This document shows positions 36,346-44,605 of a stretch of DNA of 44,605 nucleotides, in pieces (positions within the stretch are counted from its first letter, which is position 1; each line of letters opens with the position of its first letter). The notes below the pieces were generated by a model that saw nothing but the letters and a program-made list of their open reading frames with translations, was not told where the DNA came from and did no database searches. The DNA comes from Ilumatobacteraceae bacterium (lineage in GTDB: Bacteria; Actinomycetota; Acidimicrobiia; Acidimicrobiales; Ilumatobacteraceae): NCBI GenBank assembly GCA_016462185.1, contig JAEMTQ010000002.1, positions 1 to 44,605 on the forward strand, in the 5' to 3' direction. A program made the position numbers and the translations under genes.

Positions 36346-37065
36346 TTGGCACACACAGTCATGATGCGAGCAGAAGCTAAGACATTATTAAATAAAAAAC
36401 TGAGTGACTTTTTCAGTTTTATTCTCGGCTCAACATGTCCGGCTTGCGGTTGTCTTGCAAGTCAAGTGTGCAGTCAATGTTTGAAATCTATTCGGCTGAA
36501 CGACTCGGTGTCTGAACAAATTGTCGAGTATCACGACCAGGTGATAGTTGCCTACGCATATAGCGCTGTGATTCGAAAAGTAATTCTCGGATTCAAGTAT
36601 CGCAATCAAAGATCTAGTCTCAGATTTTTGGGCGATGCACTTGTGGATCGACTAGTAGTTGAAAAATCTAGATCACTCTGCAAAATTGATCTGATCACGT
36701 GGGCGCCAACAACCGATTTGCGAAAAATTGAAAGAGGTCATGACCACGCCGAGCTGGTTGCAAGATATGTCGCAAAACAACTGCAGATTTCTTGTCGCAA
36801 GGTCTTGACTCGATTATCTGATCATCCACAAACAGGAAAATCTCGCGATGCACGATTGGTCGGGCCAGTGTTCACGGCTCAAAAATTAAATGCCGAGCAT
36901 GTGTTGATAATCGATGATGTGGTCACGACGGGCGCAACTTTAAACAGTGCCTCTCATGCGCTTTACCAAGCGGGGGCTGGTCTGGTTACTTGTATGGCTG
37001 TAGCATCAACTGTCTTATGGCAATCCTCGATCGGGTCTTACGCGCTGGCGAAGGCAAGAAAGTAA
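36346..37065 (+). CDS. comF: ComF family phosphoribosyltransferase-domain protein
   Basis: It has an N-terminal CxxC...CxxC segment (CPACGC...CSQC) and the PRPP motif [14 protein letters not shown]. The start is uncertain (TTG 36346 or ATG 36361). Its 3' end overlaps secA by 49 nt. Confidence 0.75.
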   Translation: MAHTVMMRAEAKTLLNKKLSDFFSFILGSTCPACGCLASQVCSQCLKSIRLNDSVSEQIVEYHDQVIVAYAYSAVIRKVILGFKYRNQRSSLRFLGDALVDRLVVEKSRSLCKIDLITWAPTTDLRKIERGHDHAELVARYVAKQLQISCRKVLTRLSDHPQTGKSRDARLVGPVFTAQKLNAEHVLIIDDVVTTGATLNSASHALYQAGAGLVTCMAVASTVLWQSSIGSYALAKARK

Positions 37066-39752
37066 AGGCCCTCGGGGCCATATTGCCGGAGATAAATGCC
37101 CTTTCTGCAGAGTTTGCCGCGCTTAGCGACGCTGCTCTGCGAGCCAAGACCGCCGAGTTCAAGTCGCGTGTTGAGCGTGGCGAGACCTTGGACGATTTAT
37201 TGATTGAAGCATTTGCAACTGTGCGCGAGGCAGCAACTCGGGTTATCGGCCAGCGTCACTACGACGTTCAGTTGATGGGTGGGGCGGCTTTGCACGCCGG
37301 TTGGGTTGCAGAAATGAAGACTGGTGAGGGTAAAACTCTCGTCTCGACTTTGCCCGCATATTTGAACGCACTTTCAGGCAAGGGAGTGCATCAAATTACG
37401 ACTAACGACTACTTGGCTCAGCGCGATGCCGAATGGATGGGACAAATTCATCGTTGGCTTGGATTATCAGTTGGGTTGGTAGTGCCTGGACGTCGTACAA
37501 GTTCGGCCGAGAAGCGCGCAGAATATTCGAGCGATATCACTTACGGCACCAACAACGAATTTGGGTTCGACTATTTGCGCGACAACATGGCGTCGACGCT
37601 TGAAGACAAAGTGCAACGTGGTTTTAATTTTGCGATAGTCGACGAAGTTGACTCAATTTTGATCGACGAAGCTCGAACACCTTTGATTATTTCGGGGCGA
37701 GTTGCTGATGCGGCAAAGTTGTATTACCAGTTTGCTTCAATCGTGCGCACGATGGTGCGTGATGTCGACTACGACGTTGAAGAAGCAAAGCGAATTGTTG
37801 TGCCTACCGAGTCGGGTATTGAGAAAGTTGAAAAGCAACTTGGCATCGAAAACCTCTACGACGAAGTGCAACAAAATTTAGTGCATCAGTTGCAAGTGGC
37901 GTTGAAAGCTGCAGTGCTCTATCAGCGCGACAAGGACTACATCATTCAAGACGGTGAAATCAAAATCGTGGATGAATTTACCGGTCGAATTCTTGAAGGT
38001 CGTCGCTGGAGTGAGGGCATTCACCAAGCAGTAGAAGCCAAAGAGGGCGTGAACATCAAAGAAGAGAATCAAACTTTGGCGACCATCACATTGCAGAACT
38101 ATTTCAGAATGTACGAGAAGCTCTCTGGAATGACCGGAACTGCCCAAACTGAAGCAGCCGAGTTAATGAATACCTACAACTTGCAGGTCGTGCCGATTCC
38201 GACTAATCGCGAGATGGTGCGTTTAGACCAAGCCGACCAAATTTATAAGTCTGAGGCGGCAAAGTTTGATGCAGTTGTTCGTGACATCGAAGAAAAAAAC
38301 GCCAAGGGTCAGCCGGTGTTGGTTGGAACAGTGAGCGTCGAAAAGAGCGAGCAACTATCCAAGAAGTTGCAGCAAAAAGGCATCCGCCACGAAGTGCTTA
38401 ACGCGAAACAACACACGCGTGAAGCTCTTGTCGTAACTCAGGCTGGTCGTTTGGGTGCAATAACTGTCGCGACAAACATGGCGGGTCGCGGTGTCGACAT
38501 TTTGTTGGGTGGAAACCCCGAGGGTTTGGCACGACAAGATGTTCTCAAAGAAGGTTTTGATCCACAAACTTTGCTAGACGAATTTGCATTGCCAGTGGCA
38601 CTTGAGTTGATGCCTCCAGATTTTTTAACTGCACGTGACAAAGCCCAAAGCCGTTATCGCGAACTACTCGCCAAGTACATAGACAAGTGCAAACAAGAGG
38701 GCAACAAAGTTCGCGAACTAGGCGGACTTTACGTACTTGGTACAGAGCGGCACGAGAGTCGACGAATCGACAATCAGTTGCGTGGCCGTGCCGGTCGACA
38801 AGGCGACCCTGGTGAGAGCCGTTTCTATTTGAGCTTGGACGACGAATTGATGCGACTATTTGCAACGGGGGCTCTGTCTTGGGTGATGGGTCGAGCGTTG
38901 CCAGATGATGAAGCGATTGAAGCAAAGATGGTCACGAAAGCAATCGAGCGTGCTCAGAGCACGGTTGAGCAGCGCAACGGTGAGATTCGTAAAAACGTTT
39001 TGAAGTACGACGAAGTAATGAATGAACAAAGAAAAATCATCTACATGCGTCGTGATCAGATTTTGCAGGGACTTGATCTCAAATCTGCGGCGATGGAGTA
39101 TTTGGCAGATGCCGTTGATGCTTTAATCAACGCCCATTGTGTGGCCGAGGCCGACGACGAATGGGATATTGACGGGTTGACTCTTGAGCTTAAAACGTTC
39201 TGGCCGTCTGAGATTTCTGCTGGCCAAATCTCGCAGTGCGACTCGACTGATGAGATGTATGACTTGGTGATGGCAGATGCGAGCGCCTTTTACACAAAAC
39301 GCGAAACCGAGATGGGTGAGTCAGTGATGCGAGAAGTTGAGCGTCAAGTGATGCTCAAAATTATTGATCAGCGCTGGCGTGAACATCTTGAAGAAATGGA
39401 CTACTTGCAAGAGGGCATCAATCTGCGAGCAATAGGTCAAAAAGATCCGCTTATTGAATGGCAGCGTGAAGGCTTCGAAATGTTCGGGTCATTGATGAAG
39501 GGCGTCGCCCAAGACTTTGTCAAGTACGTGATGCATGTGCAGGTGATTAACAACTCGGCGCCAGTGAGCAAGCTTGCAAACATTCAAGAAACGTCCGATG
39601 AAAACGTCGATGAGAAACCAAGTGCCAAGGCCGCCAATAAGTCAGGTGGAGGAGTTTTCGGTGCTCCAGATTGGTCAAAGACACCACGTAACGCCCCGTG
39701 CCCTTGCGGCTCTGGCAAAAAATACAAGATGTGTCACGGCCGCGTCAGTTAA
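37017..39752 (+). CDS. secA: preprotein translocase ATPase SecA
   Basis: The canonical N-terminus is [17 protein letters not shown]. It carries Walker [10 protein letters not shown], the DEAD-like segment [21 protein letters not shown] and a C-terminal zinc finger ([14 protein letters not shown]). Confidence 0.95.
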   Translation: MAILDRVLRAGEGKKVKALGAILPEINALSAEFAALSDAALRAKTAEFKSRVERGETLDDLLIEAFATVREAATRVIGQRHYDVQLMGGAALHAGWVAEMKTGEGKTLVSTLPAYLNALSGKGVHQITTNDYLAQRDAEWMGQIHRWLGLSVGLVVPGRRTSSAEKRAEYSSDITYGTNNEFGFDYLRDNMASTLEDKVQRGFNFAIVDEVDSILIDEARTPLIISGRVADAAKLYYQFASIVRTMVRDVDYDVEEAKRIVVPTESGIEKVEKQLGIENLYDEVQQNLVHQLQVALKAAVLYQRDKDYIIQDGEIKIVDEFTGRILEGRRWSEGIHQAVEAKEGVNIKEENQTLATITLQNYFRMYEKLSGMTGTAQTEAAELMNTYNLQVVPIPTNREMVRLDQADQIYKSEAAKFDAVVRDIEEKNAKGQPVLVGTVSVEKSEQLSKKLQQKGIRHEVLNAKQHTREALVVTQAGRLGAITVATNMAGRGVDILLGGNPEGLARQDVLKEGFDPQTLLDEFALPVALELMPPDFLTARDKAQSRYRELLAKYIDKCKQEGNKVRELGGLYVLGTERHESRRIDNQLRGRAGRQGDPGESRFYLSLDDELMRLFATGALSWVMGRALPDDEAIEAKMVTKAIERAQSTVEQRNGEIRKNVLKYDEVMNEQRKIIYMRRDQILQGLDLKSAAMEYLADAVDALINAHCVAEADDEWDIDGLTLELKTFWPSEISAGQISQCDSTDEMYDLVMADASAFYTKRETEMGESVMREVERQVMLKIIDQRWREHLEEMDYLQEGINLRAIGQKDPLIEWQREGFEMFGSLMKGVAQDFVKYVMHVQVINNSAPVSKLANIQETSDENVDEKPSAKAANKSGGGVFGAPDWSKTPRNAPCPCGSGKKYKMCHGRVS

Positions 39753-39767
39753 AGCAGGCTAAAAAAT

Positions 39768-40868
39768 ATGAAAGATTTTTCTAGTGATCTTGGCGAATTG
39801 CGCCGTCGGCTGAGCGAGGCTGCGCAGTATTTGAACATTGAAACTTCACGCGGCCTGTTGGTTGAACTTGAAGGTGAAGTCGCCAAACCAGATTTGTGGA
39901 ACGATCAGGAGCACGCCAAGAAAGTGAATTCGCAGTATGCGGCGCTGAAGGCCGACATTGATCAGTTCAATTCGCTCACCGCGACGGTTGATGATTTGTT
40001 TATCTTGCACGAGCTTGCACGTGCCGAAGATGATGCGACCCAAGAACCAGAACTTGAAAAAGGTGTTTCTGGTTGCCGCTCTCAACTTGACGCGCTTGAA
40101 ATGCGCAGTATGTTCACGGGCGAGCATGACGAGTGTGACGCGATTTTACAAATCAATGCCAAAGATGGTGGGGTAGACGCACAAGATTGGAGCGAAATGC
40201 TCTTGCGCATGTATCGCCGCTGGGCCGAGCGCCATGCTTTTGCTTTTGAAATCGGCGACATTTCAATTGGCACTGAAGCGGGCATCTTGTCGGCCGATGT
40301 GACAATTCGTGGTCGCTATGTTTATGGCTTGCTCACAAGTGAGCGCGGTACGCATCGGCTCGTTCGTATCAGTCCGTTCGACAATCAAGGTCGGAGGCAA
40401 ACAAGTTTTGCTCTTGTGCAGATTTGGCCAATTCTCGATCAGGCAGAACTTGAAATCAACGAGAGCGATATTCGAATGGAAGTATTTCGTGCCTCGGGGG
40501 CAGGTGGTCAACACGTGAATAAAACATCATCTGCTGTTCGCCTTGTTCATGAGCCGACAGGACTCGTGGCATCGTCACAACAAGAGCGCAGCCAGTTGCA
40601 AAACCGCGAGAGCGCGATGAAGCGATTAAAAGCAATGATTCTTGCGCAAGACGAAGAAGAGAAAGCAGCGGCACTCTCACAGATTGCAGGCAAGCAAGCG
40701 CAAGTTGGTTGGGGAAGCCAAATTCGCTCGTATGTTTTGCAGCCATATCAAATGGTCAAAGATCTTCGTTCAAATGTCGAGAGCAGCAACGTCACATCAG
40801 TACTAGATGGCGATTTAGACGAATTCATGGAAGGCTTTCTTCGTTGGCGGCGCTCTGACAGCCAGTAA
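39768..40868 (+). CDS. prfB: peptide chain release factor 2 (single uninterrupted frame)
   Basis: It carries the SPF tripeptide (RISPFD) and the GGQ motif (SGAGGQHVNKTSSAVR). There is no in-frame TGA near codon 25. Confidence 0.9.
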   Translation: MKDFSSDLGELRRRLSEAAQYLNIETSRGLLVELEGEVAKPDLWNDQEHAKKVNSQYAALKADIDQFNSLTATVDDLFILHELARAEDDATQEPELEKGVSGCRSQLDALEMRSMFTGEHDECDAILQINAKDGGVDAQDWSEMLLRMYRRWAERHAFAFEIGDISIGTEAGILSADVTIRGRYVYGLLTSERGTHRLVRISPFDNQGRRQTSFALVQIWPILDQAELEINESDIRMEVFRASGAGGQHVNKTSSAVRLVHEPTGLVASSQQERSQLQNRESAMKRLKAMILAQDEEEKAAALSQIAGKQAQVGWGSQIRSYVLQPYQMVKDLRSNVESSNVTSVLDGDLDEFMEGFLRWRRSDSQ

Positions 40869-40910
40869 CCGTGATCGGCGAATCAATCTGACGATGATAA
40901 GTTTGTCGCA

Positions 40911-41588
40911 ATGATTCGTCTAGAAAATGTGACGAAAATCTACGGCACCGAGACGGTGGCCGTACGAGATGCTTCGTTTGATATTCCCAAAAGCCAGTTC
41001 GTGTTCTTGGTCGGTCCGTCTGGGTCAGGTAAGTCAACTCTTTTGCGTCTTATTAATAGACAAGAGCAGCCTGAACGCGGTGATGTTTGGGTTGCGGGTC
41101 GCAACATCAATGAGATGCCGGCTTCGCGTGTGCCCCATCTTCGTCGCAGTATGGGCAACGTGTTTCAAGATTATAAATTGTTGCTCAACAAAACTGTTTT
41201 TGAGAACGTGGCATTTGCTCTTGAAGTAATCGGCAAACCCCGTCACGTGATTTCGCGCCAAGTGCCGATCGTGCTCGACTTGGTAGGTCTTGCAGACAAG
41301 CAAGACAGATTTCCGAATCAACTTTCAGGTGGCGAGCAACAACGTGTCTCGATTGCTCGCGCATTCGTTAATCGACCATTGATTTTGTTGGCCGACGAGC
41401 CAACTGGCAACCTAGACCCAACAACCAGTGAAGGCATCATGGGTCTGCTGGATGAAATTAATCAGACAGGCACGACGGTTGTCATGGCAACCCATGACCA
41501 CAGGGTTGTTAACGCGATGCGAAGGCGAGTAATTCAACTTGACCGTGGTGTAATTGTGCGCGACCAAGAGCGGGGAGTGTACGAGTAG
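40911..41588 (+). CDS. ftsE: cell division ATP-binding protein FtsE
   Basis: It carries Walker [10 protein letters not shown], the ABC signature LSGGEQQRV and Walker B LILLADEP. ftsX follows directly. Confidence 0.9.
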   Translation: MIRLENVTKIYGTETVAVRDASFDIPKSQFVFLVGPSGSGKSTLLRLINRQEQPERGDVWVAGRNINEMPASRVPHLRRSMGNVFQDYKLLLNKTVFENVAFALEVIGKPRHVISRQVPIVLDLVGLADKQDRFPNQLSGGEQQRVSIARAFVNRPLILLADEPTGNLDPTTSEGIMGLLDEINQTGTTVVMATHDHRVVNAMRRRVIQLDRGVIVRDQERGVYE

Positions 41589-42494
41589 ATGTTTTCGCGA
41601 ATCGCTTATGCTCTGCGTGAAACTTGGGAGAGTTTCAGACGCAATCTCACGTTGACTGCTGCGGCAGTTTTGACTTCGGCCGTTTCGTTGCTTTTGGTTG
41701 GCTCAACATTTTTGATTCAGAGAGCATTTGAAAATCTCTTGGTGCAGTGGCGTGGCGATGTTGAGATGATCATCTTCGTGCGCAGCGACGCATCGGCTGA
41801 GCAGATTGCTTTGGTTGACCAAGTGTTGCGTGCCTCGCCAACAATTATTGACGTCGACAAACTTCGTTATTTGAACAAGACCGAAAGTTATGAAGAAGCC
41901 AAGCGAATTTTTGCCGGTGACCCAGTCACTTTGGGCTTGCTCACTCCCGAGACAATCCCCACGCAATTTAAAGTTGTGCCCCTCTCAGATGATCCGACAC
42001 TTGTTAGATCGCTGAGCGATCAATATCGAACTCTGCCTGGAGTCGAAGCAGTTGCCCTTGCTGAAGATGAGTTTGAAGTTATTTCGACGTTGTCAAATTT
42101 CATTCGAGTCGTGACGTTGATTACTTCATTGGTGCTGCTGTTAGTTGCGGTTGGTTTAATTTGGAACACAATTCGAACGGCGATGTTTGCACGTCGTCGC
42201 GAAATTGAAGTTATGAAACTCGTCGGAGCGACAAACTGGTTTATTCGAATTCCATTCATGCTCGAGGGCTTGTTGCAAGGTTTAATTGGCGGTGTTGTAT
42301 CTTGCGGCGGGTTGTGGGTTTTGAACTCTGCGTGGACGAGTGGCGTAACTAGTTTCAAACCGGGCACCGGCATCAGTTCGCTTGTCGTACCAGATAGCTA
42401 TTTGACTTCGGTTATGTTCATACTTTTGGCAATTGGTGCGGTAGTCGGTGCAGTGGGTTCTGCAATCGCAGCGACACGGTTCCTTGATGTTTAG
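41589..42494 (+). CDS. ftsX: cell division permease-like protein FtsX
   Basis: The ATG directly abuts the ftsE TAG. It has a TM, an extracytoplasmic domain of about 100 aa and three C-terminal TM segments (the FtsX fold pattern). Confidence 0.85.
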   Translation: MFSRIAYALRETWESFRRNLTLTAAAVLTSAVSLLLVGSTFLIQRAFENLLVQWRGDVEMIIFVRSDASAEQIALVDQVLRASPTIIDVDKLRYLNKTESYEEAKRIFAGDPVTLGLLTPETIPTQFKVVPLSDDPTLVRSLSDQYRTLPGVEAVALAEDEFEVISTLSNFIRVVTLITSLVLLLVAVGLIWNTIRTAMFARRREIEVMKLVGATNWFIRIPFMLEGLLQGLIGGVVSCGGLWVLNSAWTSGVTSFKPGTGISSLVVPDSYLTSVMFILLAIGAVVGAVGSAIAATRFLDV

Positions 42495-42531
42495 TCGTGA
42501 TCTTGTTTAGAAGCGGCTTAGAAAGATTGCT

Positions 42532-43398
42532 GTGAGTCAAAAGTTTACGCAAATTGATTATCAAGTGAGCGAAAAAATTGCCACGATTACGCTCAATCGG
42601 CCCGAAAAACTTAACGCGTTCACGAACACGATGTTGCACGAAATCATTGCGGCTCTTGACCTAAGCGATGCTGATGACGAAGTTCGCGCGGTGATCTTCA
42701 CTGGTGCGGGTAGGGCATTTTGCGCAGGTGCAGATTTGTCTATGGGTGGCGAGACATTTAGTCGCGGTGGCAGCGACGTAGCCGGCGTCAAAGATGTTCC
42801 TCGAGACGGCGGAGGACTAGTTTCGTTGCGAATTTTTGAAAGTAAAAAGCCGGTCATTGGCGCGATAAATGGCCCTGCTGTTGGTGTAGGAGTAACGATG
42901 ACTCTTCCAATGGATATTCGTCTGTCTAGTGACACGGCCAAGTTTGGTTTTGTCTTTGCCCGACGCGGAATCATCACCGAGGCCTGCTCGTCGTGGTTTT
43001 TGCCGCGGGTGGTAGGTATCTCTCGTGCCACCGAATGGGTATTTACTGGCCGAATGATTTTGGCTGATGAAGCAAAAGAATCTGGTTTGGTGCGCAATGT
43101 TTTTGAAGCTGGTGAGTTACTTACCGCTGCTCGGACCTTGGCGCGCGAGATCGCCGAGAACACGGCGCCTGTTTCGGTTGCATTATCTCGGCAAATGATG
43201 TGGCGCATGCTTGGTGCCTCGCATCCGATGGAAGCGCACCGAGCCGAATCTCGAGGAATTCTGCAACGCGGTAAGTCACCCGACGCCCGCGAAGGGGTGA
43301 TGAGTTTTCTAGAAAAGCGTGCCGCAAATTTCACGATGAAAGTTTCGACAGACACACCAAATTTGTTTCCTGAATGGCAAGACCCTGAGTTCAGATAG
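42532..43398 (+). CDS. enoyl-CoA hydratase/isomerase (crotonase) family protein
   Basis: It carries LNRPEKLNAF and the oxyanion segment FTGAGRAFCAGADL, plus GPAVGVGVTMTL. The start is GTG. Confidence 0.85.
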   Translation: MSQKFTQIDYQVSEKIATITLNRPEKLNAFTNTMLHEIIAALDLSDADDEVRAVIFTGAGRAFCAGADLSMGGETFSRGGSDVAGVKDVPRDGGGLVSLRIFESKKPVIGAINGPAVGVGVTMTLPMDIRLSSDTAKFGFVFARRGIITEACSSWFLPRVVGISRATEWVFTGRMILADEAKESGLVRNVFEAGELLTAARTLAREIAENTAPVSVALSRQMMWRMLGASHPMEAHRAESRGILQRGKSPDAREGVMSFLEKRAANFTMKVSTDTPNLFPEWQDPEFR

Positions 43399-43801
43399 TT
43401 CACTATTTGATCGTGTTGGCGGACTGTCGTTTTTTGAACGACTTGTAGACCGCTTCTATGAAGGCGTAGTTACCGACCAGGTTTTGATCGTCCTCTATGA
43501 AGATCCACAAAATCTTGTCAAGGCTCGACAGCACTTGACTTGGTTTCTGGCGCAATATTGGGGTGGACCGATGTTGTTCAATGAAAACCGCGGACAGCCA
43601 AAGTTGCGCATGCGACACATGACTTTTAAAGTTGGTGCGCTTGAGCGAGATAGATGGTTAGTGCACATGCTGAATGCAGTCAATGAACTGGCGCCAGACG
43701 ATTTAATTCGCGACGAGATGACGCAATATTTTGTCAAAGCCGCCGAGCATTTGCGAAACGACACTGGCTTGCCGATTTCGTCGGCGCAATACCCTCGTTA
43801 G
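43385..43801 (+). CDS. glbO: group II truncated haemoglobin (trHbO-like); start codon unresolved
   Basis: The frame is open from 43340. The segment SLFDRVGGLSFFERLVDRFY...QYWGGP...G.PKLRMRHMTF matches trHbO. The track ORF (TTG 43484) would remove the conserved N-terminal helices. The only in-frame candidates upstream are CTG 43385, CTG 43370 and ATT 43361. Confidence 0.6.
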   Translation: MSSDSSLFDRVGGLSFFERLVDRFYEGVVTDQVLIVLYEDPQNLVKARQHLTWFLAQYWGGPMLFNENRGQPKLRMRHMTFKVGALERDRWLVHMLNAVNELAPDDLIRDEMTQYFVKAAEHLRNDTGLPISSAQYPR

Positions 43802-44601
43802 CGCAACGCGTAACACGAAATCGCCGCAGCAGCGGCAACATTCAATGAATCAACTTCTGGATTCATTTCGATTCGCACTAGCGCATCGGCATTAGCTATC
43901 GCCTGTGTGCTTAAACCTGCGCGCTCTGAGCCAAAAATTAGTGCGCGTTTTTGTGATGACTCGAGTTTCACGTCAGAAATGTTTGTGGCGTTCTCGTCTG
44001 GCGTCAACGCAAACAACTTAAAGTTTTGTGCACGCAACTCGCTCAGCGTTTGGGCGATGTCATTGGTGCGCGCAAAGCGCAAACTAAATGCCGAACCCAT
44101 CGAAACACGCAATGCACGACGCGAGAGCGGGTCGGCGCTTGTTGAATCGCAGATGAGTCCGTCCCAACCCAAACCTGTTGCGCACCGTACGATCGCCCCA
44201 ATATTGCTTGGATTGTCAACTGCTTCAACAACGATTATGCGCTGGGCTTTTGCGACGACGTCGGCAACGATCATTGGCTCGGGTCGATAAAAAACGCCAA
44301 GTGCGCTGAGTGGGACTCCGAGGCCAGTTGCTTCTCGGCGGATTTCAATTTCGGCGGTCAGACATTGTCCGCCAAGTTGGGTTATTTGATCGTCAAAGCA
44401 CGCTGCTTGTTCGTTGTCGCAAAGCACAACTTCTGGTTTGTAACCGGCAGCCAGCGCTCGAGCGACTACGAGATCGCCCTCGGCGATGAATCGTCCCGCG
44501 GCCAAAGTTGATCGGCGCTGAGCAATTGTTGTGAGTTGTCGCTCATTGAGACGCAGAGCATCAAGACGCGGATCTTGGCTTGAGGTAATCGTGATAATCA
44601 T
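43798..44601 (-). CDS. TrmH/SpoU family RNA 2'-O-methyltransferase
   Basis: It has a C-terminal SpoU methylase pattern (VDNPSNIGAIVRCA, LIFGSERAGLS, IEMNPEVDSLNVAAAAAI). Its stop overlaps the globin stop by 4 nt. Confidence 0.8.
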   Translation of the reverse strand: MIITITSSQDPRLDALRLNERQLTTIAQRRSTLAAGRFIAEGDLVVARALAAGYKPEVVLCDNEQAACFDDQITQLGGQCLTAEIEIRREATGLGVPLSALGVFYRPEPMIVADVVAKAQRIIVVEAVDNPSNIGAIVRCATGLGWDGLICDSTSADPLSRRALRVSMGSAFSLRFARTNDIAQTLSELRAQNFKLFALTPDENATNISDVKLESSQKRALIFGSERAGLSTQAIANADALVRIEMNPEVDSLNVAAAAAISCYALR

Positions 44602-44605
44602 CGCG

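Noticed and set aside
39768-39900. I looked for the programmed +1 frameshift site (CTT TGA C after an SD-like element) typical of many prfB genes.
   Set aside because: The gene is one uninterrupted 366-codon frame. The homologous position reads CAG TAT TTG AAC ATT (Q-Y-L-N-I) with no in-frame TGA, so this is the non-frameshifting form. I believe that form is common in Actinobacteria.
42495-42531. I expected smpB and tmRNA (ssrA) after prfB-ftsE-ftsX.
   Set aside because: The 37-nt gap is followed directly by a crotonase gene. No tRNA-like acceptor or T-arm sequence, or tag-reading-frame structure, is visible anywhere in 42.4-44.6 kb. These genes must lie elsewhere.
42561-43403. A 280-aa ORF on the minus strand covering the whole crotonase gene.
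   Set aside because: Its composition is Ser/Arg/Pro/Ala-rich and low in complexity, with no recognisable motifs. It mirrors exactly a well-supported plus-strand gene carrying a clear crotonase signature. This is typical of a shadow ORF produced by codon bias.
1-44605. I searched for CRISPR arrays, IS elements or transposases, integrases, toxin-antitoxin pairs, restriction-modification or other defence modules, and tRNA or rRNA genes.
   Set aside because: No ORF shows DDE, tyrosine or serine recombinase, nuclease-helicase or methyltransferase defence signatures. Intergenic gaps are all 120 nt or shorter and contain no tRNA-like or repeat-spacer structure.

Overview
This is a dense, almost gap-free chromosomal segment. 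I call 41 protein-coding genes. I found no rRNA, tRNA, CRISPR array, transposase or integrase. The gene content looks actinobacterial: DUF3499- and DUF3039-type proteins, ImuA', cofD/fbiA plus cofE, and a group-II truncated haemoglobin. From memory, the order resembles the M. tuberculosis secA1 ... sahH ... pmmA ... fbiA/fbiB ... manC neighbourhood joined to prfB-ftsE-ftsX. Moderate GC by eye, 4-nt start/stop overlaps and overlapping convergent stops suggest a streamlined genome; that is inference. The main blocks are as follows. (1) 1.4-8.0 kb holds a LexA-box-controlled mutagenesis cassette, imuA'-imuB-[Nudix]-dnaE2, preceded by a 29-nt tandem repeat. (2) 8.0-9.7 kb holds small conserved genes: LysE, DUF3039, an FmdB zinc ribbon and a degenerate RadC/JAB-like protein. 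(3) 9.7-33.9 kb is a large cell-envelope glycan region. It encodes a complete GDP-L-fucose route (manB, manC, gmd, fcl), three GT4 enzymes, a Wzx-like flippase, a GT2-polytopic fusion, a DUF5719-like protein, a membrane thioredoxin, an FtsH, a CPBP protease and an 808-aa polytopic protein. cofD-cofE are embedded in this region. (4) 33.9-44.6 kb is housekeeping: trm112, ahcY, comF, secA, prfB, ftsE, ftsX, a crotonase, a truncated haemoglobin and a TrmH methyltransferase. The most noteworthy items are the Nudix gene inside the SOS mutasome cassette with two identical operators, the translationally coupled GT2-fusion/DUF5719/thioredoxin unit facing an out-of-context FtsH, an SDR epimerase homologue with its whole Ser-Tyr-Lys triad replaced, a haemoglobin gene with no canonical start codon, and an interleaved double inverted repeat in the DUF3499 leader. 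All functional calls come from motif and family recognition by eye, because no database search was possible.
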